Shown here piece after piece: positions 50,706 to 63,600 of a DNA stretch of 64,000 bases; position 1 is the stretch's first letter, and each line of letters begins with the position of its first letter. The DNA is taken from positions 14,324,001-14,388,000 of the forward strand of contig NC_087252.1 in NCBI RefSeq assembly GCF_037042905.1. The letters are read 5' to 3'. This DNA is from Lytechinus pictus (lineage: Eukaryota). The translations under genes were made by a program, and so were the position numbers. Under the pieces are notes generated by a model, which worked only from the letters and a program-made list of their open reading frames with translations, had not been told where the DNA came from and searched no databases.

Positions 50706-52200
50706 GTAATGATCATTTTCAGTGATCAGTAAATTTTTGAGAGAAACAAGTGTTAGGTTCATAGAGGAATATAATGTGTAAAAGTCCAAATCGATACAGA
50801 TTGTGCATGTGATCACTAACCGGATAACATGTGATCTAATCACAGCGGGAAACATGTGCGTTGTGGAATATACTAGTAACGTGTGCACGTAATAAAGCCA
50901 TTGCAGTCTGAAATTCCTTCGAGGCAACAAATTTTTCCCCTCCACTCCCACCCAGGTACATTGGTAATATATTATCGGGATGGGAGGACCCGGCGTCAAT
51001 ACAGAATTTAGTCACGGGATCGTTAAGGGGGTTGCATATTTCTGAGGCAATGCAGTGTAGCGGTGACTTTAGCACATATGTTACCATACAAGCTGATATC
51101 TTAGTCCATGCGTAGAGCTGAATTACTGTTGAGAATTACCGTGTGTAGGAAATTTTGTGTATCACGATTTATGATATTCTTATTAAACATCTCATGGTTG
51201 GGAGGTTGGGCAGAGTTACGACAGTAGATCAGCATGGTTGGTAGGTTGGAAAGACATTGATTTCTGCATTAAGGCTGGGAGGTTGGGCAGAATTTAGACA
51301 GTCAGTCATCATGGTTGGGAGGTTGGGCAGAGTTACGACAGTAGATCAGCATGGTTGGTAGGTTGGAAAGACATTGATTTCTGCATTAAGGCTGGGAGGT
51401 TGGGCAGAATTTAGACAGTCATTCATCATGGTTGGGAGGTTGGGAGAGATATTGAATTATTTTATGATTTTATGTTTTAGATTAGGAACAAGGACATCTG
51501 GAGGTAACTTTTTTGGCCTGCATAAGGTTGGAAGGTTGGGCAGGGCACTTACGAGTTTATCAAGAAGGCAGATATACAACATTGTTGAATAGATGGCCAT
51601 AGGATAGAGGTATACTTTTATATGTCATACATATTATATTCTCAGGTTTAAAGAAGTCCACTGTCCAGATAGTCATATTAAAGTGACTAGGCCTACAATA
51701 TGGCTGGGAAGTTGGGTAGGACTTAAGGACAGGCAGCATAGAGCATTATGTGGCTAATTATGACTTTTATATGTAAATGGTAAGGAGGAGCATGTCATGA
51801 TACATTGCTTTAGAAGTGTAGAAGGTTTTTGTTCAGAAACAATTTGTTTGAAACCTGACAGATCACCAATATTGATATCAAAGTATATGCTCCAAAGATG
51901 TTGTTTACCAAGATTTAGGGAAACACCAGTGGGAACTACTATCCTGCGGGTGGGTCACGTGATCAACAGTCCCAGGGAGGAGTTACTACCCTTCCTGGCG
52001 ATCACGTGACCATATCTTTCAGTAAGATTAATAGGATGCCACAGATGTAGTTTTTCGTTATGTCTTACGACATTGTTCAGACTGTTTTGAGGTTTATCAC
52101 CTCTTATGTTATTTAGGCATATTGCCTCTGTGTTTTGATGCCTCGTACGGAATTAAACGGCGAGCAATGGCATATCATTTGTCCACGTGTTTTCTTCTCA
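50706..52200 (+). mobile_element. ~1.5 kb insertion in the Academ right arm, probably a solo LTR
   Basis: Arm homology stops at 50705 and resumes at 52201 with AAAG (or CAAAAG) duplicated. Ends in CA with ATTAAA ~45 nt upstream. Internal 117-bp tandem repeat (51193, 51310, 51427). Lacks a clean 5' TG. Confidence 0.55.
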
Positions 52201-52919
52201 AAAGTGTACTTGGCATTCGCCCGTACGTTATTCCTCAGTATTTCCGCAAGATTTTTAGCTGGGATGCAAAGAATTGACAAATTGTGCTATCAAATTAAAA
52301 ACTCGCTTTAGTGCGTACCTATACATGTAATTAAAAACTCGCTTTAGTATGTACTTATAATGTAATTATGTACATAATGTACGGTATTTTCAAATTTTCT
52401 TTCGAAATGCGCACCTGGTAAAATGCACATTGTCTCCTTTCGGATAAAATAAAATGAGATATCTTCCATCTTACTTGAAAATTCTTTTGATATTTGTGGC
52501 ATCAGGACATTTACTATACATTCAATGGATAAACGACTCGAAATCGAAGAATTTAAGTTGCGTAAAAAACTTTTCACAAACTTTTATTTTGAGAGAATCG
52601 CGGTTTTATGTTTCACTGTGCCATGTGTGTTTGTGTGTAATATCCAAATTTGAAATGCATATTTATGAGACTTATAGTTTGACACTCTGAATAAAAATAA
52701 TTCCATATCAAAGATAATAAAAAATATGATGATAATCCGTCAAAATTCTTTCAGATGTTACGCTAAAAATGACACTTTCACGCAAAATTGCGCTTGGCAT
52801 CCGGCCGTACGCTATTCCTGGGTATTTTTGCAAAACTATTAGCTGGGATGCCAAGCATTAGCAAGCATTAACAAATTTTGCCGTCCAAAGTATAAAAAAT
52901 CGTTTTGGCCGGTCTACTA

Positions 52920-54684
52920 TGATTGTCGTATCATGGATAAGAAGCCAGGCAAGAGTATTCAAGCCCTTTGTATCAGCTAGGGTTGGAGAAGTTCAAAGTA
53001 GCTCTGACCCAAGTCAGTGGAGACACGTCCCAGGTAGTCTGAATCCAGCAGATGACATATCACGAGGTATATCTGTTGATCAACTACATGACAGATGGAA
53101 AACAGATGGAAAATTGTCTACGCCTGCCTGATGACCAGTGGCCACAATATGAATTACAGGCAGGTACATGTACTTCGGCTGGAGCTGAAGAGAGACGGAA
53201 TGTGAAAGCAGTTATGCATATAGCAAGCCCTGAAGTTGTTGACTGCACAAGAGTATCCAGCTGGAGACGACTTCTAAGAATCACAGCATATGTCTTGAGA
53301 TTTGCTCGAATTCTGAAGAGCAAGATCCAGAAGAATGCAGTACCTGATGTTGAATTCACTCTTACACCATCAGAATTGAGTGAAGCTGAGAAGTACTGGG
53401 TAATCAAAGCACAACAAAGTCTAAAACCAATATATGAGAAAGGTGAATTCAAGGCGCTAACTTCCTTTCTAGATGATGAAGGCGTGCTGAGAGTAGGTGG
53501 CAGAGCAGAAAACCTGAGAACATCGTATGAATCCAAGCATCCCGCTCCATTGCCATCAAATCATCATGTGTCATTTATCATCACCAGACACATGCATGAA
53601 CTAGGTCATCACGGCATCGCCACGACGACTGCCAAAACTAGGATAAAGTTTTGGATTCTACAGGGACCTAAGCTAGCCAAGACAATCAAGTTCAAATGTG
53701 TAGTATGCAGAATGAATGATCACAAGAATGAAACACAGATGATGGCTGATCTTCCAGATATGAGAATGGCATCATTCACACCGCCATTCCATTTCACTGC
53801 CATAGACTATTTTGGACCAATAGCAGTGAAAGTGAGCAGGAACAAGACGGCTAAATACTATGGAGTAATATTTACCTGCCTGAATACTAGAGCCGTCCAC
53901 CTAGAGTTAGCTGTTGATTGTTCAACTATGTAGTTTATCCAAGTTCTGAGGAGGTTTTTCTCAATACGTGGGCAACCAGCTAGGTTGCTCAGTGACAACG
54001 GCACCTAGTTCATTGGAGCTGATCGAGAACTACGCGAGATGGCTGGAGTGAAACAGAACTGAAAGACTTTTGTGCTGAAAGGGGAACAGTCTGGCAGTTT
54101 ACCACCCCATCGGCACCCCATCAGAATGGTTGCGCTGAGTCACTTGTCAAGTCCTGTAAATCAGCGCTGAAGAAAGCAGTAGGTAGTCAAACATTAACTC
54201 CATTTGAACTCTATACCTGTCTGAAAGAGGTAGCGAATCTGGTAAATCAACGACCAATTGGCCGACCTGTGAACGACCCAGACGACGGTGCCTATCTTTG
54301 CCCGAATGACATGCTACTTGGTAGATCATCGACAACTGTATCCCAAGGACCATTCATCGAATCGCGAAATCCAAGACGTCGCGTAGAGTTCGTGCAGCAG
54401 ATAGTGAGTGCTTTTTGGAAGAACTGGAACAGAGACGTTTTTCCATTACTTGTACCACGCAAAAGATGGAACACTGAAAGACGTAATGTACGCGCGGACG
54501 ATGTCGTCGTGATAGCAGAACCAAATGCAATTAGAGGAAAATGGACTCTAGGTCGGGTCATTCATGTATATCCAGGTCTGATGGACACATTCGCAACGTC
54601 AAAGTAAAGACTGTGGACTCTGAACTGAGAAGACCCATCAACAAGATAGTTGTTATTTATCCTGCTGAGGGATATGATGATTGA
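52920..54684 (+). pseudogene. BEL/Pao pol C-terminus: integrase
   Basis: Motifs WRHVPGSLNPADDISRG, LRVGGR, H..GHHG...CVVC, IDYFGP, FTCLNTRAVHLELA, NGCAESLVKS, FWKNW, RRPINKIVVI. Internal stops and frameshifts. Confidence 0.92.
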
Positions 54685-54984
54685 ATTTATGAAAATACAT
54701 ATTCATGTAAAGTCAGTCATGCGTAAGTTGAATTAACATTGGTAAAATATGAAGAAAAAAAATTACATTGGATAACAGTGTTATCTAGTTTATTTTGCTC
54801 AGACTATTATATTCAGGATTATTTTCAGGATTTCAGTTAATTCACCTTACCCAAGATATGTTAAAGGTGCAATTTAAAAGTTATTATTATGCAATTTGTA
54901 TATTAAGAAGTAGAACTTGAAAATTCGTGAAAAAAAGGGTTTAATTTTGTAAACTTTCAATATCCCCTTTTTGGGCGGGGAGGA

Positions 54985-55543
54985 TGTTTCCGTGAAACAG
55001 TTCATTTTTTATGAATTTTAACGAACACCATATTTTACTTGTAATGATACCATAAATTTTCCCAGGATACTTTGCAGCCACAATATTTCAACGATGAAGT
55101 AGTTGTTGATTTTGAGGACGGAAAATTGCCCTCAAATTTCTGATTTGTTGCGGGACTGATATCGCCCAAAGAGTAAGTAGTATGAAAAATAGATAGACAA
55201 AGTTATTAATGATGTAAAGAGGAAAGAAATCTGATAAACCATGATGAAGATGTTTTATGATTAAAGTTTGATGTCAATATTATTATTTACATAGAAATTA
55301 CTTAAAGTGGTTCGCTATGCGAACGCGTAACGAGTGAAGTATGTCAGTTTCAGAAACAAATATTGAAAACAAAGACTGTAGAATTCATGAACAATTATTA
55401 GGATTTATTTATTTGCTCGATAGGTTGTTGTTTCAACAAGGTATTGAAATTTTAATACAAATCACATGTTTTATTGGTGAGATTAAGCTATGTCAAATTC
55501 GATACAAGTTACAAGATTTGTTGTCTGACAGTGGCGGCCATTT
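54985..55543 (+). repeat. Start of BEL 3' LTR (interrupted by the next element)
   Basis: TGT immediately after the polypurine tract. No second copy in the window to confirm extent. Confidence 0.55.
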
Positions 55544-56656
55544 TGTGACAAGGTTACGACTTAATTACATTTATAAATTAGGCCCAAGGTTTATGTCGAA
55601 ATAAGATATGAATTTTTAGAGCATGTAGATTAAATAATGCCTGAGATAAAGGCTGAATGTTTTATGAGGTTTACAATAAAATCTTGAAGCTGTGTTACAT
55701 ATAAGAAGAATTGTAAGAGCAATTATATTTATCTAGTTATTTAGTTATTTAGTTATTTCCTCTCTAAGGATATCCATAGCCAAGAATGATAAAGAACATT
55801 CGAGAACGTGTTTGTAAAAGCTTTTGTTCTGCAGGCCTCTTGCCTATTTAAAGGCCAAGGAGTTTTATTTTTGAATAGGGAAAAGCAAACAATAGGATTC
55901 CAGTGGTAGTGGAAATGAACAATAGGATTAGCTACACTGTTGATTTCAATGAGGTCATTCAAGAGTCTTCTGGAATTTGACTGCTCCTGAAAGAAGAATG
56001 TTTTTTAAAAGACAACACTAGAACCTTCCATAATAGTGAATACCATAGAAGCCTCTAGAATAGTGAATACTAGAATGATCTAGAATAGTTGAAATGTGCA
56101 TATATAGCTGTAGTTTCTTCAAGGACATGATCACATCATATTAGATCACTTGATCACATCAGATCCCTTCATCATCAGATCAGAACTCAGAGTTTCACGC
56201 CAGACTTTATGTCAGAGCAGAGTTTATTTCCACCTGGAATATTTATCTTCTGTGGAATTATTTGCCCGCCATCAATAAACTGTTTGCAGTTATTTTGAAA
56301 GAGGAATTCTCAGTTCCCATCGAGATCATCAACCTGTTTAATGAACGCTTTTCAACCCATGGATTGCTAAATTTGACTGTTATTCATCATCAACATCGTC
56401 TTCACGGACATTTCAACTCGTTACAGTGACTCTTGTTATTCATCGTGCTTCAACATCAGTTTCATCATCGCCATAATTGTGAACTTTTATCTGGATACTA
56501 TCATTTGGATTATTATCGCAATCTCAAGAGACGTAAGACCATTCTCAATTTATGATTTGTAAATGTATAATTAATTTCCTGTAATAAAAACAAATTCAAC
56601 TTCAACACTCAAAAATATTTCATTGTTATTTGTTGCAGTATCGTAACAAATAATTT

Positions 56657-56674
56657 TGGGGGCTTGTCCGGGAA
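56657..56674 (+). promoter_or_regulatory. Primer binding site, tRNA-Pro
   Basis: TGGGGGCTTGTCCGGGA versus the canonical tRNA-Pro PBS TGGGGGCTCGTCCGGGAT; starts 8 nt after the LTR end. Confidence 0.88.
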
Positions 56675-56865
56675 ACGAAAGCCAATTTGCACAAAAAGCC
56701 AATTTGAAATTAAAACCAGTTTTTCGGAAATCGAACCCCAATTTGAGACGAAAGTCAAGTTGAAACAACAGCCAATTTGAATTGAAAACATTTTGGAAAT
56801 TTTTGGAAAGTTCTAGAATATACTGTACTGTGTTATTACTTGCATGTATTTCTGTATATTTCACT

Positions 56866-59800
56866 ATGGCTACGTTTGATGTTGAAGAATTTCTTGCAAT
56901 GACAGAATTGTCATATGACCAGAATTGTCATATGACCATTTGAAGTCACTGAAGAAAGATGATTTGATAAGTTTGTGATCATTTGGGTGTATCTCTAGCC
57001 CCAGGTTTAAAGAAGGCAGAGATAATTGACTTGTTAGCTAGTCACATGAAGCTTACAGAGGAGTCTGAAACTTCAATCAATATGTCAGAGGATTCTCAGA
57101 TTAGACTTGCAAAATTTGAAATGGAAAGGAAAATGAAAGAAAACCTTGAAAAAGAAAGAATCAGAGAAAACCTTGAAATGGAGAAAATAAACATTGAGAA
57201 GGAGAGAATGAGATTGGAGTACCAGCTAAAGTTGAAAGAAATGGAGTTAGCTCATGCAAATATTAACTCCGCTAAAGATAAAACTCCCCAAGGCTTTGAT
57301 GTGGCGAAGAACATTCGCCTTGTGCCAAAATTTGATGAAGAGGGAGTTGATACATATTTTGTGTCATTTGAAAAAGTGGCCAAGAGACTGAATTGGCCCG
57401 AGGAATACTGGACTCTTCTCCTCCAAAGTGTTTTTGTTGGAAAGGCTGCAAAAGTCTATTCTTCACTCTCTGAAATGCAATAATGTGACTACGCTACAGT
57501 GAAAGAAACAATTCTCAATGCATATGAGTTGGTACCAGAAGCGTACAGACATAAATTTAGGAACATGCAAAGACAATCAGGCCAGACGTATGTTGAATTT
57601 GCTAGGGAACAAGAAATGATGTTCGATAAGTGGTATAGATCACTGAAAGTTGACACAGATTTTGTTCACCTTAGGGAAGTTGTCCTCCTAGAAGAATTCA
57701 AAAAGAGTCTTCCTTTTGGCATTAAATCTCACTTAGATGACCATAGAGTTACTGAAGTCAGTAAAGCAGCCATAGTAGCTGATGAATTTGAGGTCACACA
57801 TAAAGGTAGTGGAGATTATTCTTATTGGAAAAAGAAAGGTAAAGGGTCATTTGAATCCCACAATAAACCTGGTGAGGGAAAATATGCAAGCAAGGACAAA
57901 GACACTAAGAAGAATCAGGCTAGTGGGGGCACAGAATCAACCAAAAGGTCTGAGAGTCGTAGTTCCAAAATTTGTACTCATTGTCACAAATCGGGACATT
58001 TGAAAGAATCATGTTGGAAATTGGTTGGAATGCCAACCAAGGTTAAGAAAGACATGGGTTTTGTCAAGCAAACAAGTGTTTCCTCGATGGAGTTTGTTCC
58101 ATCAGAGCCCATTCGAGATGTTGAGAGTGTTTCTCTAGCAGGTTTCTCAAACAGGTTGATGAAACCTTTAGAAGTTTTTTGTATGATGGTAAAGTATCCC
58201 CTTGTTCGACTGGTGCTGCTGGTAGGTCAGCGGTGATCCTTAGGGATACAGGGGCTGCACAGTCCCTGATGGTGCCAGGGGATTTGGCTCTTCCTCCGGA
58301 GAGTTCAGAGAATGCCAAAGTCTTAATTCAAGGTATTGGCCCAAATTTCATGTCGGTTCCTTTGTATAAGGTCGACTTAAAGTGTGACCTAGTTAGTGGT
58401 CCTGTGACTGTTGGTTTCGTTCCAGAATTACCCATGGAAGGTGTTGATTTCTTGTTAGGTAACGACTTGGCTGGAGATAGAGTTGTTGCATCTACAGTGA
58501 TTTCGGAAAAGCCCGTTGAGGTAGCTGAAACTGAATTGTTGCAGGAAGATTTTCCAGGGATTTTCCCGGATTGTGTTGTTACTAGGTCTCAGACTCGTAG
58601 AGCTGAAAAGGATGATGCGGAATCTGCTGAGTAGAGGAGAGTACTGATGTCTGGTTAGCTGAAACCTTTTTCAAGGATTTGAATGGGGATAGTGTTGAAG
58701 GCTCTGTTGCTAACAATGATAGTTTGTTTAGTAAGTCCTCCCTTGTACAGGCACAACAGGCAGACCCAGAGTTGAAAAGCTTGTCACAGAAAGCATGTTC
58801 TGAGGCTGATAAGGTTCCTGAGTGCTTTTATGTCAAAGATGACATTTTGATGAGGAAGTGGAGACCTCCCCGGAGACCAGCTGATGAAGATTGGTGTATT
58901 ATTCACCAGGTTGTAGTTCCTCCCTGTTACCGCACAGATATTCTGAAAATGGCTCATGAGTTACCTATGGCAGGTCATGTCGGTATTCGGAAGACGGAAG
59001 ATAGAATTATGAAGCATTTCTATTGGCCTAAGATGCACAAAGATGTTGTGCATTTCTGTAAGACATGTCATACATGTCAGATTATTGGTAAGGCACAGCC
59101 TTCTATCAAGCCTGCTCCATTGATACCCATTCCTGCATTTGATGAACCTTTTTACAAGGGTTTTTGTTGATTGTGTTGGACCCAGGGGGGGGGGGGCACT
59201 CAGTATATAATGCATAGTGGGTATGTGCCGCGGAGGGGACCCCCATATTTACACTGAAATTTCCGTTTCAAGGCATATCATTTTTTGTCTTATTGAGAAA
59301 AAGAACAAAGAAAGCCGCTCCAAAGCATAGCATTTTCTTCTTATCGAGAAAAAGAAGAAATAAATCCGCTCCAAGGCTTCGCATATTTTCCGTTACGCCG
59401 TTCCGGTCGCATTGTTCTGCTACAATCAGCCGCAATTTTGGTGAAAAGCGGCCGCAGAGCGCTGTCCGACCATCGCCTCTGCGCTAGCGCACCCGGCGCC
59501 CGTGCTGCTGGGCTAGCTGCAAAGCAGCTGCATGCACGTTCCATAGGGGTGCATACGCACTCACACGCAGGGACCCGTTCAAAGGACCTCCGTTTTCACA
59601 AACATTTGTAGTTCCGAAGCCCGTTCCGAGGACCCTCCTTTTTACAATAAGCCCGCTCCAAGGCCCCCGTTTTTTGTCTCGCCCGCGGCACATACCCACT
59701 ACTTTTTTGGTCGAGTGCCCCCCCCCCCCCCCCGGGTGTTGGACCCTTACCAAGAACGAGGTCGAGTCACAGATTTCTCCTGACGATTATGGACTTGTCT

Positions 59801-60510
59801 ACACGTTTTCCAGAGGCGATACCCTTGAGGAGTATCACTGCAAAGACAGTGGTACAGGCGTTAGTGCAGTTTTTCACTCGGTATGGTCTGCCTAAGGAAA
59901 TTCAGTCTGACCAAGGGTCAAATTTCATGTCAGGAATATTTCAGCAAGTTATGAAGGAGTTGGGAATAAAGCAGATCAAGTCCTCTGCTTATCATCCACA
60001 GTCCCAAGGAGCGTTAGAACGCTATCATCAGACTTTGAAGACCATGATTAGGGCTTATTGTGAAGACTATCCCGATGACTGGGATAAAGGGATCTCATTC
60101 CTACTGTTTGCAACTAGGGATTCCCCTAATGAGTCCACAGGTTTCAGTCTATTCGAATTGGTCTATGGTCATGAGGTTAGGGGTCCCCTAAAGCTTATCA
60201 AAGAGAGGTTTATGGTTCAGGATGATGATGTAAAACCTTCTAGACTATGTGTCAAAGTTTAGAGAAAGGCTCTCAAAAGCTTGTGATGTGGCTAAGGAAC
60301 ACTTGAAAGTGTCGCAGGGAAAAATGAAAGCTCAAGCTGACAAAAATGCAAAAGAGCGAAGTTTCAAGACTGGAGACAAAGTGTTAGTGTTGTTGCCTTT
60401 GCAAGGGGAAGCTAGGTTTAGTGGTCCCTACATAGTCAAAAAGAAATTGAACGATGTCAACTATGTGATCAGTACCCGTGATCGAAGAAAGTCTCCAAGA
60501 GTTTGTCATG
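56866..60510 (+). pseudogene. Gmr1-like gag (SCAN-like capsid, CCHC knuckle), protease and integrase; disrupted
   Basis: Motifs IRLVPKFDE, YELVPEAYRHKFRN...LLEEFKKSLP, CTHCHKSGHLKESC, ILRDTGA, HELPMAGHVG...CKTCHTCQ, VDCVGPLP (split by a MITE), SDQGSNF, ERYHQTLK. A 17-nt duplication near 56903, stops and frameshifts. Confidence 0.9.
59181..59736. mobile_element. CCCGGG-terminated MITE with 7-bp TSD inside integrase
   Basis: TSD TGTTGGA (59174-59180, 59737-59743). TIR includes GCACTC...TAGTGGGTATGTGCCGCGG. Removal restores VDCVGPLPRTRS. Confidence 0.92.
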
Positions 60511-62471
60511 TAGAAGCAAGTCATGAATATTCATATTGGCTTTCACAACTGCGGTGGGAAAAATAATTTCGCCCCCCCCCTGGCCATCCTGGTTCGCCCC
60601 TGAGTCAACGGGAGATGAAATTAAAAGGGTGATTATTATTGTCATTCTTTATTGGTCTGCTTGATAAGGGTTAAATTCAGTTGTAAAATGATAATTCTTA
60701 TTAAAGTGTGGTGAAAAAAAAATCCGGTTGGAAACTATTCCTGGCTGGTTACGGATACATTGTACATGTATATTTTGTTCACGCTGTGGACATTCGATTC
60801 AATCTATTTACTTGTTATATGTCAGGATGGCGTTTGGCAAAGTTTCACCTGTGACTTTGCCCTATATTTAGGCAACTAAAACTCCACATTCCATGATTAC
60901 ATAATCACATCAGATGGTCCATGATTTTAAAGAAGAGTAATGAAGTAGAAATTTGGTTGATCTTTAAAATGGCTGCCAAAATCGTTGGTTAAATATATAT
61001 AAATGTACTCATTAACTAACCGCGAATTTGACAGATTTACCAGTAATTCATTGCGATGAGAGATATTCACACAGAAAATTTGATACTCAGACCTGACAAG
61101 GGGGCATTTTAAGCATTTTTTTGTAAATATAAAGAGTATATGTATCTCTACAAACAAAGTGATGACAGTTTAAAGTTTAATCGCGAGCAGCATATTTTAT
61201 TTCTTCTTTTGTGACAAATCACGGAGAGGGGACATTAATATGATGTCGAATACCCCGGAAATCGGGGTGGGGTGGTCCCCTGTCCCCCACTCATTGACGC
61301 CCATGTAAAATCCTTTAGGCCTATCTCTTAAATATCGCGACACCATGTTACTTTTTTACTACACAATTTCATGCCGACATGGCTCATATTTTGTACATTG
61401 TGTACAAATTAAGTCTGTCATTCAGTCGCAGTTTCAGTTTTCTGTAATCGGTGGGGGCGTGTACCCATGTCCCCTTTCGATGAACGCCCATGTAAAACTA
61501 CCTTGTCTCTCAGAACACCGCAATGTCATTTCATTTCTTCGACTTACCATGCTTACTGTACGACCATTCCCATAGTTATTCAAAAGTTCATGGCATTGGG
61601 AATGTATGCCCCCTAACTTCACAGGACGACCTGTTTATTCACCTCTCTTCCTCTCTCTCTCATCCCTCTCCCCCCTCTCTCCTCTCTAAGTTTTTATGGA
61701 CCAACATAAAACGAAATGTCAACTAAATTATGTAACATTCACAACTTTATTGGACCAAATCAATGAACTTCCGATTGTTCTTACCTGTTATGTATCAGGT
61801 ATTTCCACAACGGTTGAGAACTGACCCAATTATGATCTAATGATATTTACCTACGATAGTCTTTTTCTGTCATTTAAATTTTTACTTGGTACAGTTGGAC
61901 AATTAATTTATTTAATTTATTTAATTAACTTATTTATATACTTAATACAGTTTCGCTTGTACATTAAAAAAATTGAAGCTTATATGCAAATATGAAGAGT
62001 TAGCATGGTTTGTACGAAACTATTTCATTGATTAAATTGATAGAGTATAAACAAAAAACGGTCGTTGCTGCATACAATAATGCAATGATGTCAAACATTT
62101 TTTCTGACCTTTTCATCCACACGAAATCTTGTTTTGATCTAAATGTTATCGCAGGGCAATTCAATAAAATGATCAACCTTTCTGTACGTCCGATAGGTAT
62201 AATATTGCATGTGTTTGCTGAGTTACGCTTAAGAGTTTTCCATATGTGGTTAGAATATGATAAACATTTAAAATTATTTAGTTACCAGTCATTATATTGA
62301 CATTATGTTACATACTTAATTGACCCCTTACAGGCTATCGTTCCATCAGACTCTCGATTATGATGTTTATTCCTTATTTATAGTTATGATTGTATGATAA
62401 CTTATACTCTTTTAATGCAGTTTAAAAATACACCACCTAAATCTGAATTCGCAAAAATATTGTTTTATTTA

Positions 62472-62654
62472 CACAGTAAAAACGCTATTTACTATATGAA
62501 CCTTACATTATTTGTTTAACCGTTTAAACTATCATGTTTAATTTATTGAAAATTTAACTTTGTTGCTTAAGATTAAAACAGTTGTTTAAACTGTTTAAAC
62601 AATTACTGTAAGGATCATATAGTAAACAGCGTTGTATATTTTTTTTTTACTGTG
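62472..62654. mobile_element. Short MITE with CACAGTAAAAA termini
   Basis: CACAGTAAAAA...TTTTTACTGTG flanked by TA; internal GTTTAAAC palindromes. Confidence 0.65.
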
Positions 62655-63189
62655 TACTTAGAATATACAGGGTATAGTCATCTCATTAACTTCACACTTT
62701 ATTACGTTGTCTGTTCTTTATTATATTTTTACTTGATGATTTATGATGATAATGATCATAACGATGATATTATACATACACGATGATAATTATGGAGATG
62801 ATATGTTCATTCGTAATATTTGATGATAACTATACTGATGTTTATATTCTGATGATACTTAATGATGATTGTAAATATGATGGCATATAATGGTCATTAT
62901 TCAATACGATAAATTCTCTTCAAGATACGATGATAGATCATGACCTTACAACGACTGATAATACAAATATTAATGCCCCCCCCCCCACAGGTCACCGTCC
63001 CACCGGACAACACACCGCCCTCTCAGGTCGATGAGAGTTCAACAATAAAATTACGGTAACTACAACTAAATAATTTTAAATATTCTAACCACATATGTAA
63101 AACTCTTAAGCGTAACTCTGTAGTACTATAAACACATGCAACATTATACCTAATATTATACCTAATTTATATATATGCAAATACTATGT

Positions 63190-63600
63190 TCGTTCCATCT
63201 GATTTCCATCTGCGATAATTCCTCTTGCAGCTCTAAAAGCTAAACTGGAATGAACTTTGCAATATGTCGTGAAAGATTGGTGTCATAGTGAATATCTCTA
63301 TTTTACAATAAAAGGAGAGTGCGATGTGCAAGTAAAAACCTGGATACATCTTAAAGAACAAAAGATCCGGTTGGAGGTTGCCGATTTCTAATAATGGGAA
63401 GCGCAGCCTCTTTGAATGCTGGTAGACCTGTTTTGTATACAACTTCGCCAGGCAGGTGGTTCCATATTTGGATTGTCCTTGGGAAGAAGGAGTATTTGTA
63501 GGAATCAATTGACGATTTTGGCACAGCAAATTTCAGTGTATAGTCCTTCCTTGCATGATATGTTGCCTGAGTGACTATAGATGGCATTGGCATGTTGACC
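63190..63600 (-). mobile_element. 3' fragment of a CR1/L2-group LINE
   Basis: ORF2 C-terminal signature YKYSFFPRTIQIWNHLP in ORF 63351..63701, followed by a short 3' UTR. Confidence 0.75.

Larger units (their letters stand above)
46855..52919. mobile_element. Non-autonomous Academ-like DNA transposon with long modular TIRs
   Basis: Termini TAGTAGACCGGCCAAA/TTTGGCCGGTCTACTA and 3-bp TSD TGA (46852-46854, 52920-52922). Long inverted arms: 46905-47950 versus 50330-50705 plus 52200-52885. Confidence 0.82.
39654..55543 (+). mobile_element. BEL/Pao LTR retrotransposon, decayed and split by insertions (5' leader probably continues left of 25109)
   Basis: Removing 40308-44066 and 46855-52919 restores continuous gag-pol text (ISLL|RSCLEG; TDSM|IVVSW). 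PPT GGGCGGGGAGGA followed by TGT at 54985. Confidence 0.88.
55544..60510 (+). mobile_element. Gmr1-type Ty3/Gypsy retrotransposon, 3'-truncated before RT
   Basis: LTR-like segment ending TCGTAACA (56648; start at 55544 or 55552), tRNA-Pro PBS, gag, then protease directly followed by integrase. Confidence 0.88.
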
